11,336 nucleotides of DNA from Promethearchaeota archaeon (lineage in GTDB: Archaea > Asgardarchaeota > Lokiarchaeia > Sigyniarchaeales > SOKP01): positions 1-11,336 of the forward strand of contig JAHLWP010000069.1 in the NCBI GenBank assembly GCA_019057865.1, given 5' to 3'. The position numbers were made by a program, and so were the translations under genes. The notes beneath the pieces were generated by a model. The model was given only the letters and a program-made list of their open reading frames with translations, ran no database searches and was not told where the DNA came from. Below, one piece after another: positions 7,822 to 11,336 of the stretch (positions are counted from its first letter, which is position 1; every line of letters starts with the position of its first letter).

Positions 7822-8748
7822 TTATTTATAATTAATAATAAGGACAGCAATTAATACAATTACTCCACCTATTATATTCCATAGAAGAATGGTTTCGCTT
7901 CTTTGAAGCAAAAATGAGAATATCAGTGTAAGAAAAGGTTCAATATATAAGAATGAGGCAACCTTAGACGATTTTAAAAGTTTTTGCGAATTCTGCCAAA
8001 TATAATAACCTAGTATATAACAACCCAAACCTAGATATAAAGCGCTTAGAAATAATATAAGATTTAAGAAATTAACGATAAAAATTAAGATTTCACCACT
8101 AATCATTAGAAAAATTATTAGTTCAATTGTTCCAAAATAGGCAATATATTTATTCATAATTATACTTGAACTACTTTTTGTTATATTTTTTGTTGATGTA
8201 GAATAAATAGACCATAATAAAGGAGTCATCAACGCAAAAAGATAGCCTAAAAAATTTGGAGATTTAGGAGATAAAGTATTTAGATTCCCTCCAGTAACTA
8301 ATAAAAAACCTCCTACTGTGGCTATTATAAATCCCAAAATTTTCAGTATATTCAATTTTTCTTTAAAGAAAACTAATGCTAATAATGCTATGATTACAGG
8401 AGCTAATAAACAAACAAATAAAGCAGGAAGTGAAGGACCAATTAATTCAATTGCTGAATACTGAGCTAAGAAAAATAATGAAATTCCTGTAAAACTTGCT
8501 ATCAATATTAAAATCCAATCAGTTTTAGAAAATTTGGTATTAGTCTCACTTTCAATTTTCTTACTAGAGCCCCGATACTTGATAATTTTTTTACAAATAT
8601 CAACTATTAAAAATATAAATGAGACAATAATGAACCGATACAAAGCAATAGCTAATGGTGGGATGAAATCAACAGAGATATCTACAATAATAAATGAAAA
8701 ACTCCACACAAAAACCATTAGAATTAATTCTAAGTAAATAACTAGCAT
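7822..8748 (-). CDS. EamA/DMT-family transporter
   Basis: About 10 TM segments in two repeats: 'VWSFSF', 'PPLAIALYRF', 'LAPVIIALLALVFFKEKL', 'SSKVASFLYIEPFLTLIFSFLLQRSE', 'IIGGVIVLIAV'. Confidence 0.93.
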   Translation of the reverse strand: MLVIYLELILMVFVWSFSFIIVDISVDFIPPLAIALYRFIIVSFIFLIVDICKKIIKYRGSSKKIESETNTKFSKTDWILILIASFTGISLFFLAQYSAIELIGPSLPALFVCLLAPVIIALLALVFFKEKLNILKILGFIIATVGGFLLVTGGNLNTLSPKSPNFLGYLFALMTPLLWSIYSTSTKNITKSSSSIIMNKYIAYFGTIELIIFLMISGEILIFIVNFLNLILFLSALYLGLGCYILGYYIWQNSQKLLKSSKVASFLYIEPFLTLIFSFLLQRSETILLWNIIGGVIVLIAVLIINYK

Positions 8749-8855
8749 ATTCTAACTAGATTCTAATATATTTCAAATCAATGATCAATTTAATCAAGAT
8801 TTTATACTAAAATGATTTATAATTATTAATAAATTAAGAACTGTAATTATTATTT

Positions 8856-9458
8856 TTGGAAAGAGAATATTTGAAGAAAATTAGCTATAGTTTGCGTATT
8901 GGGCTCATTGGAAGCAATAATTCTGGAAAGGAACTTTTATTAAATTACTTAGAAGATATTGCGATAGAAAAGAATCATTCTGCTGATAAATTTGAAGTCT
9001 TACTAATTCATAAAGGGATACTTTTTAAGATAAAAGTATTTCCTGCTGAGAATCTTATAGAAGTAATTTCAGAGCAATCTATAAATTTTGGAAAACTTGA
9101 TGTTTTAATTATAATACTAAATCTAAACGATTTGAATTCAATAAAAGAATATGAGAAAGAGATCTTTGAAGAGTTTCGCCAATTTTTTCTCTTTCAAGGA
9201 TTATCAATTCTTGCTGGGATGGATGTAGAACAAATATTAAAAGGCTCCCCTTCTAATAATTTGAGAATTAGTAGGTTTAATTTGATTAAAAAAGCAAAAG
9301 AGTTAAATATATTATATTGTTTTGAAATCCATAATAAAGAAAGAGACATTTCAGAGATTTACAATAAATTATTAAATGATTTTATATTTAAATTCCAATA
9401 TTCTACACCTGAATTGTTTGAGCAAGCAAAAATTTATGGAAGAAAACTTATTAAGTAA
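8856..9458 (+). CDS. Ras/Rab-like small GTPase-fold protein with degenerate G motifs (probable pseudo-GTPase)
   Basis: 200 aa. 'LRIGLIGSNNSGKE' (G1 with E in place of S/T), 'FKIKVFPAE' (G3 position), 'LDVLIIILNLNDLNSIKE', 'ILAGMD' (G4 position), 'AKELNILYCFEI..K..DISEIY' (G5 region). TTG start. Confidence 0.75.
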   Translation: MEREYLKKISYSLRIGLIGSNNSGKELLLNYLEDIAIEKNHSADKFEVLLIHKGILFKIKVFPAENLIEVISEQSINFGKLDVLIIILNLNDLNSIKEYEKEIFEEFRQFFLFQGLSILAGMDVEQILKGSPSNNLRISRFNLIKKAKELNILYCFEIHNKERDISEIYNKLLNDFIFKFQYSTPELFEQAKIYGRKLIK

Positions 9459-9616
9459 ATAAGAGTCTTATAAAAAATCTAAATAAGAGATAAGTTATAA
9501 AAACAATATAAAACATTGTTTATCATAAAAAAATCTAGAATCTTAAAATCTATTAAATAAATTGTATTAAGGTAAAATATAATATTTTAAAAAAGAGATG
9601 AGTTGATAATAAAAAA

Positions 9617-9811
9617 ATGTCAGAAAAACCAAATGATATTTTGACAATTGAGAAGACCGAAGGGCGAAGGAGATGTCCTAGCTGTGCAGAAGAAAATAAG
9701 AATATGATTCATGAATCAACAGATAAGAAAAATATAATTAATGATTATCCTCGTGTTTATGGAAAGAAATATCGCTGTGGTCGATGTGGCCAAGAATGGC
9801 GTGAAAAATAG
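9617..9811 (+). CDS. Small zinc-ribbon protein (64 aa)
   Basis: CPSC-x30-CGRC, ending 'YRCGRCGQEWRE'. Followed by T tracts. Confidence 0.8.
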   Translation: MSEKPNDILTIEKTEGRRRCPSCAEENKNMIHESTDKKNIINDYPRVYGKKYRCGRCGQEWREK

Positions 9812-9816
9812 ATAAG

Positions 9817-9879
9817 TTTATTTTATTTTACTCCTTTTTTTAATCTAGTAAAGTGAGACCATTCTTAGAAAAGAAAAAG
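9817..9879. terminator. Convergent oligo-T terminator region
   Basis: T tracts on plus (9817-9841) after the stop at 9811. CTTTTTCTTTTC on minus (9868-9879) immediately after the pseudogene stop at 9880-9882. Confidence 0.45.
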
Positions 9880-10238
9880 TTAATCTTTTAAGTATGTATT
9901 AGTTAAGTAGTCATCTATTGTCTTAGCCGCTCTTTTTCCTGCACCCATAGCAGATATGACAGTAGCACTTCCAGTAACTTATTTAATCTCAGTTCTGGTA
10001 TAGATTTTGTAAGAATTGGATTTGCTCTTGTGCCAATAGCTATAATGGTTGTATCAGTATCTATTAAAAATTCTGAGTTTTCAATAGGAATTGGTCTTTT
10101 ACGACCTGACTCATCGGGTTCTCCTAATTGCATTTTAATTACTTCTATTTGCTTGACGTTGTCATTTTAATCCCCTATAAATCTCAATGGGTTTGTTAAA
10201 AATTGAAATTCAATACCTTCTTCTATAGCATGATGATA
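9880..10238 (-). pseudogene. C-terminal remnant of a GltD / SudA / NfnB-family NADPH-dependent flavoprotein gene
   Basis: The minus strand reads [73 protein letters not shown]...LNK, with an in-frame TAA at 10167-10169. From 9978 another frame reads VTGSATVISAMGAGKRAAKTIDDYLTNTYLKD*. The N-terminal majority and the 'GVFAGGD' segment are missing. Confidence 0.92.
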
Positions 10239-10269
10239 TATCAAATACTTTAAATATCAAATACATTAA
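10238..10269. repeat. 16-bp tandem direct repeat, 2 copies, 15/16 identical
   Basis: ATATCAAATACTTTAA (10238-10253) and ATATCAAATACATTAA (10254-10269). Confidence 0.75.
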
Positions 10270-10413
10270 ATGATTCTTTATTTTGGGCTAGTATGGTCAA
10301 TCATTCCCCTACTAACTTTATTTTCCTTATATTTTGTCTGTTATAGATTAGTTTCAGGATATAACGGTGTAGATTTGCCTATTCTTAATATGATTATTAT
10401 TGGTAAGTCATGA
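10270..10413 (+). CDS. Possible 47-aa hydrophobic small protein or gene remnant
   Basis: ATG10270 to TGA10413: MILYFGLVWSIIPLLTLFSLYFVCYRLVSGYNGVDLPILNMIIIGKS. One TM-length segment, no clear SD, not in the ORF track. Confidence 0.3.
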   Translation: MILYFGLVWSIIPLLTLFSLYFVCYRLVSGYNGVDLPILNMIIIGKS

Positions 10414-10516
10414 TTTTATCTAAAGATTTAAAAATAACAAACTTAATTATTAAATAATTATATTGAAATAAAACTACCTTATATTAGAAATATTTTTAAA
10501 AATTAATTTCTTTAGA

Positions 10517-11266
10517 GTGGATGAATGGATGGTACTATATCAAGAACCATTAGATAGCCCTATGAGAGTACTAACTATTTACGTAGCACAAGGATTGGCT
10601 TGTGTTTTTCTTATGTTTATAGCATACAAGATTCTTAAGCGAGATCGGAAACGATTAAACCTTATATTCTCAGGAACTTATATATCTGCGGCAATTGGAC
10701 TAATTATCAATATGATATATGCTCCTATTGCAGATGAGGATATTGTTCTTATCCTTAACTACCTTACGAATTTTGGCATTTTTTATTCTCCAATATTTCT
10801 TGTTGTGTTTGATCTAATATTACTTAAATCTGAAAAAGTAATTACTACATTGAAGCAATTTGCAATTTTAATTGGGTATGGAATTGTGATGTTTTGCATG
10901 ATTTTTTTCGTCCTTACCGAGGATTGGGGAGTCTCAATTAATGAAGACACTGAATGGTCGCCTGTGTGGGAGTTGCCCTTTTTCTTGTATTTAGTAATAG
11001 TAGAATCTATTGCAGTTGGCCCATTATTATACTTATCATTTCAGATTTATCAGAAATTTGAAGATGACCAATTGAAGAAAAAATGGAAATATTTTATATT
11101 TGGATTTTGTGCATTTATTATTTTTATGTACGCAATATTTTTCTCAAATTTATTAGGTCAAAAAATACCTGAAATTAGAACATTAATGGGCGGAATAGGT
11201 TTAATATTGGCAATTGCAGGTGGATATTTAATGTATAACGGCGTAGGACGCCAATTAGAGAAATAA
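10517..11266 (+). CDS. Standalone 7-TM membrane protein (HisKA_7TM-like sensor fold; no output domain)
   Basis: Seven hydrophobic segments, 'KILKRDRKRLNLIFS' after TM1, TM4-TM5 loop 'EDTEWSPVW' and TM5-TM6 loop 'KFEDDQLKKKWKYF'. The start may be ATG10529. Confidence 0.75.
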   Translation: MDEWMVLYQEPLDSPMRVLTIYVAQGLACVFLMFIAYKILKRDRKRLNLIFSGTYISAAIGLIINMIYAPIADEDIVLILNYLTNFGIFYSPIFLVVFDLILLKSEKVITTLKQFAILIGYGIVMFCMIFFVLTEDWGVSINEDTEWSPVWELPFFLYLVIVESIAVGPLLYLSFQIYQKFEDDQLKKKWKYFIFGFCAFIIFMYAIFFSNLLGQKIPEIRTLMGGIGLILAIAGGYLMYNGVGRQLEK

Positions 11267-11281
11267 TTTTCTTTTTTTTTT
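11267..11281 (+). terminator. Oligo-T terminator
   Basis: TTTTC followed by T10, directly after the stop at 11266. Confidence 0.55.
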
Positions 11282-11336
11282 ATTTAGTATTTAAGTATTT
11301 ATTTTTTTTTAATGTTTTTCCAATGATCGGCTTACC

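Noticed and set aside
8534-8737. 67-aa plus-strand ORF
   Set aside because: Antisense shadow of the DMT transporter.
6881-8811. Identical 11-mer TTTATACTAAA at 6881 and 8801, both in divergent intergenic regions
   Set aside because: It could be a TATA-like or regulator site, but distances to start codons are inconsistent and such matches are expected in very AT-rich spacers.
9915-10133. 72-aa ORF as a real small protein
   Set aside because: It is an internal fragment of the GltD-family pseudogene; the tail after LNK is out of frame.
10167-10169. Stop-codon recoding (Sec/Pyl) in the GltD-like fragment
   Set aside because: The stop is TAA, sits at a non-catalytic loop position, and the gene has two other lesions.
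7042-11266. The two 7TM proteins as rhodopsins (schizorhodopsin or heliorhodopsin)
   Set aside because: Neither has a retinal-binding Lys within TM7 or the helix-C rhodopsin motifs.
1-11336. CRISPR array, tRNA/rRNA, transposase or integrase
   Set aside because: No regularly spaced repeats, GC-rich structured RNA segments or recombinase motifs were seen.

Overview
AT-rich (roughly 30% GC by eye), gene-dense prokaryotic window, most likely from an Asgard archaeon (Lokiarchaeia-like). This assignment is an inference from a Rab-like small GTPase-fold protein, a probable C2-domain protein, two standalone 7TM proteins, GGTGA-type Shine-Dalgarno sites and oligo-T terminators. Gene order: 3' end of an unknown CDS; PlsC-fold acyltransferase lacking the catalytic His; GNAT acetyltransferase; RMD1/CorA-like 2-TM protein; C45 Ntn-hydrolase; C2-like protein that probably starts at a non-canonical ATT about 108 nt upstream of the ORF-track start; FixX-like ferredoxin and FixC/GGR-family flavoprotein; 7TM protein; EamA/DMT transporter; degenerate (pseudo-)GTPase; small Zn-ribbon protein; a broken GltD/SudA/NfnB-family pseudogene bordered by a 16-bp tandem repeat; a possible 47-aa hydrophobic ORF; a second 7TM protein. 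No RNA genes, CRISPR array or mobile element were recognised. The most interesting signals are the eukaryote-like membrane-signalling parts, several in degenerate form, and the hidden ATT-initiated C2-like protein.
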